Notes: generated from the sequence alone by a model not told the origin. 32,038 bases of DNA from a bacterium (GCA_037446635.1 JBBIIG010000015.1:1-32038), one strand, 5' to 3'. Numbered from the stretch's first letter, positions 17,946 to 26,368 are shown. Numbers and translations are program-made.

Positions 17946-17983
17946 CGCGACCATTTTCCAAAAGAGTTAAAAGCATTGACTCG

Positions 17984-19246
17984 ATGCGAATGAACATCAA
18001 CCACTCGCAAGCCGTGCTGTGGTTTGCTGCGCTGATTTACGCGCCGGCGCTGCTGGCCTCAGAGAAAGACCTTTCGCGAGCCGCGTCCGCAGACAGCATT
18101 TTGCATCTGCTGGTCAAAAAGGGCTTTGAAAATGTCGCTGTGGTTAGCGATGACAAGCGGCTGATGGTTGCTTATGAAAATCGGATTTATCGCGACGAGG
18201 TGCGAGCCATAAAAGAAGTTCTCAGCCTGGTTATGCCGGGCGCAAAAAACTCGCAAACCGTCGTCCTCGTTCCGCAAAATAGAAAAACTCCTCTGCTGTC
18301 GATTAGCATTAAGCTCGATGACTACACGGCTTTTATAGACGGCGTGTTTTCGCTGCAGCAATTTGTGTCCACTATGCAGGTTTCGTTTGACACGGATTCG
18401 ATTTGGAAGGCGTTGCGCGCCGCCTCCCGCGCCAACTCGTCGTTTTATAAATTTGATTTGGTCATCCACCCCCAATTCAAAGCGCATTTTGGCAACCGCC
18501 GCGATCCCTTCGAATCCCAACTCAATCTGGCGCCGGAATTAAGCGCCTCATTTTGGATGGGTCTGCGTTTTTCCGGCGAACTCATCATTCCGCTGCAAAA
18601 TGAACTGGCCGAGGAAGAAGATTTTGTGAGACCCGGAATAATCGTTTTGAACCAGACGCTGCGGCTGCCGCGCGCCATCTTTCTCTCCGCCGCCATCGGT
18701 TATTTTGACGAACAGAGATACGGCGTGGATGTCGAGATTCGCAAATACTCCCACGCCGGCCGTTGGGCGATCGCCGCCAACTTAGGATACACCGGTTTTG
18801 CATCCTATTTAAAAGGCGTTTGGTCCTACACCGATATCGATCTCCTGACCACCAGCGCCGCCGCCGAGTATCGCTGGCCCCAGCTCAATTTAATCCTGCG
18901 CGCTGTCGGCGGCCAATTTCTGGATCGCGATCGCGGGGGACGATTCGAACTTCTCCGCCAATTCGGAGAAGTCGATTTTGGTTTCTATTTCGTCAAAACC
19001 GATGCCGGCGAAAACGGCGGCTTCCATTTTTCGATTCCGATTTTCCCTGCTAAATATTTGCCGGCGGCCAGATTTCGCATCAGCCCGGCAAAGAATTTTC
19101 AGTGGGAGTACCGTTACCGCCGGCTTGACAGCAGCGGCCGCCAGTTTGAGACCGGAAATCGCCTGGATGATTTTTTCAAACGTTTGCACCCGGATTACAT
19201 AAAAAGTCAATTACAGAAGTTTGAAGATTGGGACAAGCAGAAATAA
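17984..19246 (+). CDS. YjbH/GfcD-related outer membrane protein (POTRA-like alpha/beta domain + C-terminal-type beta-barrel)
   Basis: Signal peptide after ATG 17984 or 17990; 'GFENVAV...LMVAYENRIYR'; amphipathic beta-strands 'AIGYFDEQRYGVD', 'GQFLDRDRGGRFELLRQFG', 'GGFHFSIPI'. The upstream part of ORF 17774 overlaps the antiterminator gene and is probably not real. Confidence 0.7.
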   Translation: MRMNINHSQAVLWFAALIYAPALLASEKDLSRAASADSILHLLVKKGFENVAVVSDDKRLMVAYENRIYRDEVRAIKEVLSLVMPGAKNSQTVVLVPQNRKTPLLSISIKLDDYTAFIDGVFSLQQFVSTMQVSFDTDSIWKALRAASRANSSFYKFDLVIHPQFKAHFGNRRDPFESQLNLAPELSASFWMGLRFSGELIIPLQNELAEEEDFVRPGIIVLNQTLRLPRAIFLSAAIGYFDEQRYGVDVEIRKYSHAGRWAIAANLGYTGFASYLKGVWSYTDIDLLTTSAAAEYRWPQLNLILRAVGGQFLDRDRGGRFELLRQFGEVDFGFYFVKTDAGENGGFHFSIPIFPAKYLPAARFRISPAKNFQWEYRYRRLDSSGRQFETGNRLDDFFKRLHPDYIKSQLQKFEDWDKQK

Positions 19247-19267
19247 TAAGCCGCGGCTGACGAAACC

Positions 19268-19978
19268 ATGATGGGCGCAACACGATCGATCAAATTCATC
19301 CTCCTGACGAGTCTCCTCATTTTCCTGTGTTCTAATGATCGCGGCATCTCGCAATCGCTCACCGGCGCCACGGGCTTGATGAGCATCCCAACCGGAGAAA
19401 TACTGGAAGACGGAGAATTTTCATTTGGCGTCAATGTTCTGAACAAAAAGCATCTGGAATATTTTGACGGTCAACAGCACACGAACGTCTATTTTGTTAC
19501 GATTGGCTTTTTGCCATTTTTAGAAGCGGGCTTGCGGTACACGCGGGCGTGGGAACCCGGCCCTTCTTCGGTGGGAGATCGAATGATCAGCATGCGGGTT
19601 CAAATGCTGAAAGAGCGGGATGCGACGCCGTCGCTGGTCTTGGGGGCCCACGATGTTCTGTCAACGGTGGGGCGACACTTTAATGCCCTCTATCTGGTGG
19701 GTTCAAAAAATATGTCGCAGGTCTTCGGTGTGAGAGAGATGGTTTTGCATCTTGGTTACGGGGTCGATTGGATTGCCGCTCGCAATCATGATTTTGTGGG
19801 TCTGTTCGGCGGGGTTTCCTGGGCTCCCCATTCAACTGTAACTGTTATGATTGAGTACGATGCCGATCGCTTAAATGCCGGCCTGAGATTTTTCATTCTC
19901 CACCATCTTGGATTGCTCGTCGGCGTTAACGGTTTGGATGCTCTCTCCGGCGGAATAAGCTACACATTCAAGCTCTGA
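19268..19978 (+). CDS. YjbH domain-containing outer membrane beta-barrel (N-terminal-type half)
   Basis: Signal peptide, then 'SLTGATGLMSIPTG' (YjbH N-terminal signature), 'LPFLEAGLRYT', 'PSLVLGAHD', 'ALYLVGSK', 'LHLGYG', 'GLFGG', 'EYD', and a C-terminal beta-signal-like 'GISYTFKL'. Confidence 0.8.
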   Translation: MMGATRSIKFILLTSLLIFLCSNDRGISQSLTGATGLMSIPTGEILEDGEFSFGVNVLNKKHLEYFDGQQHTNVYFVTIGFLPFLEAGLRYTRAWEPGPSSVGDRMISMRVQMLKERDATPSLVLGAHDVLSTVGRHFNALYLVGSKNMSQVFGVREMVLHLGYGVDWIAARNHDFVGLFGGVSWAPHSTVTVMIEYDADRLNAGLRFFILHHLGLLVGVNGLDALSGGISYTFKL

Positions 19979-20019
19979 ATCCAACAGGTTTAATTCATAA
20001 ACACAAAAAGGAGCGCACC

Positions 20020-20949
20020 ATGAAACAGTCAAAGAGAATTCAGTTCGTGCAGGCGTTTTTTATGCTGGCATGCTTGGGGTTCGTGGCGTGGAAGTGCAGC
20101 ACGGAGAAAATTGGGCCAAAGGATCCTTCGCCGATTGCGATCGCCACAATTGTCGAGGAACTTGCCAATGCGAAAACCCAGCCCGAGGCCGAGGCGGCGA
20201 TAGAGCATTTGCTGGACAAGACCGGCATCGGGCGAGCCATAAAAGGGAGTAGGTATGGCGACTACCTGCTGCCGGAGGGTTTTATCGCGGAACTGGCCCA
20301 GGATCAATTGCGGTATTCGAACGATCCCGATTATGCGTTAACCTGGGGTGAGGCCTTTGAGCTCGAAGCGCTGACTTTGGTTGAAGATGGCCAGGCGCGT
20401 TTCAATTTTAGCGAGGTGGCAGCCAGATTCCGTGAGCAGGCCACCGCCGCCCTCGATAACCCTGAAGATCCCAACTATGCCCTTTTGTTGGCGCTGGCGG
20501 CCGAGGGCGGTTCTATTCCCGGCGCCGTCAGCGTTGACGAAAACACCATTCTGTCGGCGGTGCAAGATTTCTTGTTTTCGGTTTGGGTCGATCACGAATT
20601 TTTGACGGAAGCGGAAAGCTTCGATATTATTCTGGCAACGAAAAGCAAACTCAAAATTAACTTGCTTACGGTGGAATGCCCGAGCGGAAAAGCTAAGAAG
20701 ATCGAGACCATCACTTTAGAATTTGAAAAACGTAACAAAGACCTGAAAAAATGTTTGAAAGCGGCTCAGAAGCAATACAACCAGGCTCTCAAAGCCTGCC
20801 GGAAAACAATTAAAAAAGAGAAAAAAATTATCGGCCAAGCGGCGGCTTGTGAAAATCTTAAAGATTGTTATGAAGCCGCCACTACCGCACTGCTGGATGA
20901 GATCGATACTTGTTTCGATCAATTTCATGACCAGGGCGGCGGCCACTGA
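20020..20949 (+). CDS. Hypothetical exported (probable lipo)protein with Cys-rich basic C-terminal helical domain
   Basis: RBS AGGAG; N-terminal signal with Cys (MLAC / AWKC); six Cys in the last ~90 aa; ends HDQGGGH. Confidence 0.7.
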   Translation: MKQSKRIQFVQAFFMLACLGFVAWKCSTEKIGPKDPSPIAIATIVEELANAKTQPEAEAAIEHLLDKTGIGRAIKGSRYGDYLLPEGFIAELAQDQLRYSNDPDYALTWGEAFELEALTLVEDGQARFNFSEVAARFREQATAALDNPEDPNYALLLALAAEGGSIPGAVSVDENTILSAVQDFLFSVWVDHEFLTEAESFDIILATKSKLKINLLTVECPSGKAKKIETITLEFEKRNKDLKKCLKAAQKQYNQALKACRKTIKKEKKIIGQAAACENLKDCYEAATTALLDEIDTCFDQFHDQGGGH

Positions 20950-20958
20950 TACAAACAC

Positions 20959-20985
20959 GTAGGGCGACGAGCCTCGTCGCCCTAC
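20959..20985. repeat. Perfect palindrome GTAGGGCGACGAG-C-CTCGTCGCCCTAC (GTAG-type REP-like; possible mRNA-stabilising or terminating hairpin)
   Basis: 13-bp perfect inverted repeat, 10 nt after the stop of 20020-20949. It starts GTAG and has no long U-tract. Confidence 0.8.
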
Positions 20986-21009
20986 TTCAAACTTAATTGG
21001 ACATCAAAA

Positions 21010-21537
21010 ATGAATCTGCCCAAACTTATTCTGCTGATAGCGGTATGCCACCTGCCCGCGCTGCTGCAGGCGCAGGAGACGCCGCAGAACATTTTGTTGC
21101 AACCCCAGGCTTCGCAATACTTCCTCGGGTCGCAGGATGAAGTGCTGATCAAAGTGGACATTCTCGGCTATGTGCAAAAGCCCGGGCGCTACCTCATCCC
21201 GCTCAACACCGATCTGCTTTCCCTGCTATCTTTTGCGGGCGGTAAGGCAGATGGCGCCAACCTCCGCAAAGTTTACATTTTGCGCAAACGCAGTTCATTT
21301 AATTCTAACAACGGCGAGCCGGGTAAAACGGAGGTCGATACCATCATTACCGTCAATTTGGAGCGCTATTTCAAGACCGGCCAGATGAAGTACCGTCCCG
21401 TGCTGCAAGCCGGCGATTCCGTGCTCGTTCCCCAGTCGGCAGGAAGCAAATTTCGCAATCTGGTGGGATTCAATTCGATCATTAGCTTGGCTCTGGCCAC
21501 CACCACTATTCTCTACGCCATTGACCGGCTTAAGTGA
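21010..21537 (+). CDS. SLBB-domain polysaccharide export protein (minimal Wza/OPX-like)
   Basis: Signal peptide; 'VDILGYVQKPGRY...LLSLLSFAGG....ANLRKVYILR', 'LQAGDSVLVP'; C-terminal hydrophobic helix; directly upstream of wzc. Confidence 0.82.
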   Translation: MNLPKLILLIAVCHLPALLQAQETPQNILLQPQASQYFLGSQDEVLIKVDILGYVQKPGRYLIPLNTDLLSLLSFAGGKADGANLRKVYILRKRSSFNSNNGEPGKTEVDTIITVNLERYFKTGQMKYRPVLQAGDSVLVPQSAGSKFRNLVGFNSIISLALATTTILYAIDRLK

Positions 21538-21564
21538 CGAAGTTAAACCAAAAGTGAGTTAAGT

Positions 21565-23898
21565 ATGCTGTCCAATGGACACACCACTCAGATCAATCAA
21601 AATGGTCACCATGGCGCTGCTTACTACGAAGAATTTCGAACCCTAAATTGGTACGACTACATCCGCATTCTGCGGCGGCGCTGGTGGATTTTGCTCTTGT
21701 GTTTTACTATCGTCTTTGCGCCCACGATCTATTACAACCAAACCACCCTGCCGGTCTTTCGCGCCGCGGCCGTCATCATGGTGCAGGATAACGCCGGCAT
21801 GCAAAGCGTGCTTTTTGAAGACTCGTTTCTGCGCAAGAGCGCCAGTCTGCAGGATCAGGTCTATTTGCTTCAAAGCAGTTCCATTGCCGAAGCGGTGGTG
21901 AAGAGGCTTATGCAATCCGAGGCGCGAGATTCCCTCGCCATTCTCGCCAACGGTTTTCAACCGGCGGTGAGCGCGCTGCGCCGCAGCCTGACCGCCGAAC
22001 CGGTCAAAGGCACTACGGCTTTTATCGAGGTGGCCGTGCGCGGCGCTTCGCCGTTTGAGGCGGCCTATCTCGCCAACACCGCCGCGGAGGTTTACCAGGG
22101 GCAGGATCAGGAATTCAGCCGCGGCGAGATTCATGAAGTGGTGGAATTCCTCGACGCCCAGCTTAAAATGAAAGAGAAGGATTTGAAAGAATCGGAAGAG
22201 CGGCTCAAGTTTTTCCAGGAGAAAGAGAACATCGCCAGTTTGACCGGCGACGCCCAGGAGACCGTCAACCAGGTCGCGGCCTTCGAGGCGCATTACAACA
22301 ACGCTCTGACCGAGCTGCAAGCCTATAAAAAGCGGCTGGAATACCTCAACCAACAACTGGGTGAGCAGACTGAAAATCTGCAAAACAATATCGCGCAGAT
22401 CTCCAATCCTCTGATTTTGAAATTGCGCGACGAGCTGGCGGAAACCGAACGCAAAGCCTCGGTGCTGACGGCCCAGGGCGTCTCCGAAGACTATGCCGAT
22501 CTGAAAATGCTGCGCAGCAAGCAGCAGCAAATTAAGCAGCGCTTGGTGGATGAAACTCAGGCCCTCGTCATCAGCGGGCTGATGCCGAACGATCCCCTGA
22601 CGCACGCCCAGGAGCTGGTGGGCCGCATCATCGAAGCCGAAACCGAGATGCGAGCGCTGCAGGCGCGCGCCGACGCTCTCGGCAAAGTGGTGGAGGCCTA
22701 CAATCGAAGACTGGAGATTCTGCCGGAACAGACCCTGCGCCTGGCGCGCCTGGAACGCCACAAAAAGGTTGATGAAAACCTTTACTTGATGATGAAAGAA
22801 AAGTACGAAGAGTCGCGCATCTCCATGGCCGGGCAGATTGGCAAAGTGCGAATTGTGGATCAGGCCGTGCAGCCGAGCGAGCCGGTCGAGCCGAGCAAGG
22901 GCCGCAACCTGGTGCTGGGCGCGCTCTTTGGGATCGGGCTGGGGGTCATGTTGATTATGCTTCTGGAATTTATGGACAAGTCGGTGCGCAGCGTCGAGGA
23001 TATCGAACGCCTGGGGCTGTCGATGGTGGGCATCATCCCGCATTTCAGTTCGCCGCGCGCCGGTTGGCTGTCATTCAACACCAACGGCCGCGATGCGGCC
23101 AATGGGGAATACTGTCTCATCACCGGCAACCATTCCAAATCGCCGGTGGCGGAAGCCTACCGCACGCTGCGGACGAATGTGCAGTTCAGCGCGGCAGGCC
23201 GCCACAGTTGCGCCATTCTGGTAACCAGCAGCGGCCCGGCCGAGGGCAAATCCACCACCGCCGCCAACCTCGGAATCGCGTTTGCCAATATGGGCAAACG
23301 CACGTTGTTGATCGACGCCGATCTGCGCCGGCCGGTTTTGCACCGCGCTTTTAACCTCGACAAACACTGCGGGCTGACCAAACTCTTGCAGAGCGGCCTC
23401 GGCGGTGATCATTTTCAGACAACCGGTATCGGTCATCTCTATGTCTTGACCAGCGGCGCCCTGCCCCTCAATCCTTCCGAGATGTTGGGCTCCAATAAAA
23501 TGAGAACCTTGCTCATGGAGCTGAAACAGCACTTTGACGTCATTCTGCTGGACAGTCCGCCGGTCATCGCGGTTACCGACGCCCTGCTTCTGGCTGCGCA
23601 CGTGGACGGCGTGTTGTTGGTGGTCAAAGCCGGCGACTCGCACCTGGAATTCGTGAAGCGCTCGATGGAAATGCTCCACGGCGTCAAAGCCCGGCTTTTG
23701 GGCGCCGTCTTGAACAACGTCCGCGCCGGTCACCTCGGCAGCTACTACTATTACTACAAAAATTATTACTCCTACGGCAGCGCCGACAGCGATTTCCAGA
23801 ACGGTCGCGTCCCCAAAAAGGAACGCCAAGAACCTGAGCGCACGGCGTCTTTCTCTTCTCTTAGAAAAGTGTTAGAGTCAAATCGTACCCACAAGTGA
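21565..23898 (+). CDS. wzc: Polysaccharide co-polymerase / BY-kinase (Wzc, GumC family)
   Basis: Two TMs flanking a coiled coil; 'AEAYRTLRTN', Walker A 'GPAEGKST', 'LLIDADLRRP', Walker B 'ILLDSPP'; Tyr cluster 'YYYYYKNYYSY'. Confidence 0.95.
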   Translation: MLSNGHTTQINQNGHHGAAYYEEFRTLNWYDYIRILRRRWWILLLCFTIVFAPTIYYNQTTLPVFRAAAVIMVQDNAGMQSVLFEDSFLRKSASLQDQVYLLQSSSIAEAVVKRLMQSEARDSLAILANGFQPAVSALRRSLTAEPVKGTTAFIEVAVRGASPFEAAYLANTAAEVYQGQDQEFSRGEIHEVVEFLDAQLKMKEKDLKESEERLKFFQEKENIASLTGDAQETVNQVAAFEAHYNNALTELQAYKKRLEYLNQQLGEQTENLQNNIAQISNPLILKLRDELAETERKASVLTAQGVSEDYADLKMLRSKQQQIKQRLVDETQALVISGLMPNDPLTHAQELVGRIIEAETEMRALQARADALGKVVEAYNRRLEILPEQTLRLARLERHKKVDENLYLMMKEKYEESRISMAGQIGKVRIVDQAVQPSEPVEPSKGRNLVLGALFGIGLGVMLIMLLEFMDKSVRSVEDIERLGLSMVGIIPHFSSPRAGWLSFNTNGRDAANGEYCLITGNHSKSPVAEAYRTLRTNVQFSAAGRHSCAILVTSSGPAEGKSTTAANLGIAFANMGKRTLLIDADLRRPVLHRAFNLDKHCGLTKLLQSGLGGDHFQTTGIGHLYVLTSGALPLNPSEMLGSNKMRTLLMELKQHFDVILLDSPPVIAVTDALLLAAHVDGVLLVVKAGDSHLEFVKRSMEMLHGVKARLLGAVLNNVRAGHLGSYYYYYKNYYSYGSADSDFQNGRVPKKERQEPERTASFSSLRKVLESNRTHK

Positions 23899-23942
23899 CA
23901 ATTGTGCCCGTAACTGATTTAGGGCTTGTTAATCCAACTCAT

Positions 23943-23976
23943 CGTTTCACAACGTCTGCCGTTTGCCGTCTCACGT
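23943..23976. repeat. Degenerate heptamer tandem repeat CGT(T/C)T(CA/GC)
   Basis: cgtttca-caa-cgtctgc-cgtttgc-cgtctca-cgt in the spacer between wzc and the oxidoreductase. Confidence 0.55.
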
Positions 23977-24005
23977 GTAGGAAGAAGTGAAAGGGAGGTC
24001 ATAGT

Positions 24006-25052
24006 ATGACAGAATTTCAAAACACGCATCTCGCCGTCATCGGCTGCGGCCGTTGGGGCCGCAATCACGTGCGCACCGCTCACAATCTACTCGGCGCGAA
24101 TTTGCAGATGGTCTGCGACGCCGATCCGCAAGCGGGGCAGACGGTGCGCAGCGTCTCGGCAAGCATCCGCTTCACCACTGAGGTGGAAGACGTGCTCGCC
24201 AATCCCGAAATCAACTGCGTCATCGTTGCCACGCCGGCGCTAACTCATTACACCATCGCCCGCGCCTGCCTGCTCCACGGCAAGCACGTCCTGGTGGAGA
24301 AACCCATGACCTTGACTACGGAAGACGCCCGCGAGCTGGTGAAGCTTTCGGACGCGCGCGAGCGGCTGCTGATGGTCGGCCACGTGCTGCTCTTTCACCC
24401 GGCCATCCTCCGGCTCAAGCAGGAAATCCGCACCGGCGCCATCGGCGCGCTGCGGTACATTTACAGCAATCGCCTCAACCTCGGGGCCGTGCGCGCCGAT
24501 GAAAACATTCTCTGGAGCTTCGCCCCGCACGACGTCTCGATTATGCAGTTCCTGACCGAGAGTTACCCGGTTTCTATCGATGCCAAGGGCGCCAGCTTTT
24601 TGCGCCGCAACGTGGAAGACACCACGCTCACCTACCTGGTGTATCCCGGCAACATCCACGCGCACATTTTTGTGAGCTGGCTGCACCCGTTCAAGGAACA
24701 CCGCTTGATGGTGATTGGCAGCCAAGGCATGATGGTGTTTGATGACCACCTGCGGGAAGATAAGCTCAAGCTCTATCCCAACGGCTTTGCCGCCGAGGAT
24801 GGCCAGTTGCACAAGTTCGAAGGCCAGTACCAGGCCCTCGCATTGGATGCCAGCGAGCCGCTGGCTAACGAGCAGCGCCATTTCTTCCGCTGCGTGCAAA
24901 CCGGGGATACACCTACAACCGATGGCCGCCACGGACTCGAAGTTCTGGAGATTCTGGCCAAAGCGCAAGACAAGTTGCGAAGAAAAACGCCGCCGGATGT
25001 ACACATAGCGCCGCGTGTGGAATGTGCCGGGTTGCTTCATGCTCGGGTTTGA
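24006..25052 (+). CDS. Gfo/Idh/MocA NAD-dependent oxidoreductase (WbpB/WlbA-like nucleotide-sugar 3-dehydrogenase)
   Basis: 'VIGCGRWGRNH', 'IVATP...H', 'HVLVEKP', 'MVGH', 'SNRLNLG', 'WSFAPHD', 'VSWLHPFK'; RBS GGAGG. Confidence 0.88.
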   Translation: MTEFQNTHLAVIGCGRWGRNHVRTAHNLLGANLQMVCDADPQAGQTVRSVSASIRFTTEVEDVLANPEINCVIVATPALTHYTIARACLLHGKHVLVEKPMTLTTEDARELVKLSDARERLLMVGHVLLFHPAILRLKQEIRTGAIGALRYIYSNRLNLGAVRADENILWSFAPHDVSIMQFLTESYPVSIDAKGASFLRRNVEDTTLTYLVYPGNIHAHIFVSWLHPFKEHRLMVIGSQGMMVFDDHLREDKLKLYPNGFAAEDGQLHKFEGQYQALALDASEPLANEQRHFFRCVQTGDTPTTDGRHGLEVLEILAKAQDKLRRKTPPDVHIAPRVECAGLLHARV

Positions 25053-25064
25053 TGACTGTGGTAA

Positions 25065-25199
25065 CAAAAGATCTCACCCTTCCGCGAAGCGGATCCGCTT
25101 TGGCGGAAACCCTCTCCTAAAAGGAGAGGGAACAAGTCCCTTCCCCTCTTACCTGCCTGCCGCAGGCAGGGGGGAAGGTTAGGATGGGGTCTGCTTTTG
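25065..25199. repeat. Composite REP-like long inverted repeat (CCCTCTCC/GGAGAGGG type) with two nested palindromic inserts
   Basis: Arms caaaag-atctcaccct[...]aaccctctcc versus ggggaaggttaggatggggtctgcttttg; internal hairpin ccctctcct-aaa-aggagaggg; inserts at 25081-25107 and 25150-25170. Confidence 0.75.
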
Positions 25200-25224
25200 A
25201 GTAGGTAACCCGAATCCCAAACCA

Positions 25225-25246
25225 TACCTGCCTGCGCAGGCAGGTA
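25225..25246. repeat. Perfect 22-bp palindrome TACCTGCCTGCGCAGGCAGGTA
   Basis: Self-complementary; a near-identical copy lies at 25150-25170. Confidence 0.9.
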
Positions 25247-25394
25247 AATATTTCTGAAATGATGTACTTAGGCAGGCGGGCCGAAGCAGTCCCATTGAAT
25301 GAGCAACTTCCTGAGTTTTCGCACCTGGGATCGGGGGGGTTTTCCGCTAAAGCGGCCGGCGAGACAAAACTCTCCTCCCCCAAATTCCGTGCTA

Positions 25395-25427
25395 ACGTTT
25401 ACCAAACCGACGAGGTTTGGTAAACGT
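25395..25427. repeat. 14-bp-stem hairpin ACGTTTACCAAACC-GACGA-GGTTTGGTAAACGT
   Basis: Perfect inverted repeat ending 32 nt upstream of the wzm start. Confidence 0.85.
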
Positions 25428-25459
25428 GGTTTGCTAACCCTTGAACCTATTAAAATTCC

Positions 25460-26302
25460 ATGACATCAACAGCAACCAACGAACCCGTTCTCATTATTGA
25501 ACCCGGTCGCACTGAAAAGAACTACTGGACCGATCTCTGGCGTTACCGTGAGCTGTTTTTGATTCTCGCCTGGCGCGATATTGCCGTGCGCTACAAGCAA
25601 ACCATCATTGGCGTGGCCTGGGCCGTTATCCGTCCGTTCCTAACAATGGTGGTCTTCACGGTGATCTTCGGCAAAGTGGCAAAGCTTCCAACCGAGGGGA
25701 GTGCGCCCTACGCGTTGATGGTCTTTGCGGCGATGCTGCCGTGGTCGCTGTTTTCCACTTCATTGGGAGAAGCTTCCAACAGCCTCATTGGCAATGAGAG
25801 GTTGATTAGTAAAGTTTATTTCCCGCGCCTGATCATTCCAACCGCCACAGTGGTTACGGCGTTTGTCGATTTCCTCATCAGTTTTGGGATGCTGCTGGCA
25901 TTGATGATGTACTACCAGTTTCTGCCCGGTTGGAACATGGCTTTGCTGCCGCTATTCATGTTGTTGGCTCTATTGACCAGCCTCGGCCCCGGACTCTGGA
26001 TCACCGCCATCAACGTGAAGTATCGCGATTTCCGTTATGTGATTCCCTTCATAACGCAGTTTGGCTTATACATCTCGCCGGTTGGATTCAGCAGCAACGT
26101 GGTTCCAGAAAAGTGGCGCTTGCTCTACAGCCTTAACCCGATGGTGGGCGTCATCGATGGTTTTCGCTGGTGCATATTGGGCGGCGAGAGCGCCATCTAT
26201 TGGCCGGGATTTCTACTCAGCCTTACGATTGTCGCCTTCTTTATGTGGTTGGGTATCTCCCGCTTTCGCAAAATGGAAAAGAGCTTTGCGGATATTATCT
26301 AA
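25460..26302 (+). CDS. wzm: ABC-2 polysaccharide export permease (Wzm/RfbA)
   Basis: 'LWRYRELF..LAWRDIAVRYKQT..GVAW', 'LISKVYFPR', 'YRDF', 'LNPM', 'EKSFADII'. Confidence 0.95.
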   Translation: MTSTATNEPVLIIEPGRTEKNYWTDLWRYRELFLILAWRDIAVRYKQTIIGVAWAVIRPFLTMVVFTVIFGKVAKLPTEGSAPYALMVFAAMLPWSLFSTSLGEASNSLIGNERLISKVYFPRLIIPTATVVTAFVDFLISFGMLLALMMYYQFLPGWNMALLPLFMLLALLTSLGPGLWITAINVKYRDFRYVIPFITQFGLYISPVGFSSNVVPEKWRLLYSLNPMVGVIDGFRWCILGGESAIYWPGFLLSLTIVAFFMWLGISRFRKMEKSFADII

Positions 26303-26368
26303 TAGCATGTTCATGACTGTCGATAAAGCGACCAAGGATCCCCTCCAGCAAGGTTGGCAAATACGATG

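Noticed and set aside
17774..17983. N-terminal extension of ORF 17774-19246 overlapping the NusG paralog
   Set aside because: A signal-peptide-like sequence begins only after ATG 17984/17990, so the extension looks non-coding in this frame.
21643..23829. Long antisense ORFs (466 aa and 252 aa) opposite wzc
   Set aside because: These are shadow ORFs typical of GC-rich codon bias; they have no recognisable motifs and fully overlap a clear + strand gene.
24240..25067. 275-aa minus-strand ORF opposite the oxidoreductase (likewise 1812-2588 and 8734-9342)
   Set aside because: Antisense shadows of well-supported genes, with no RBS or domain evidence.
25037..25383. Small minus-strand ORFs (62 aa, 88 aa) in the repeat-rich spacer
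   Set aside because: Their translation derives from palindromic repeats; no coding signal.
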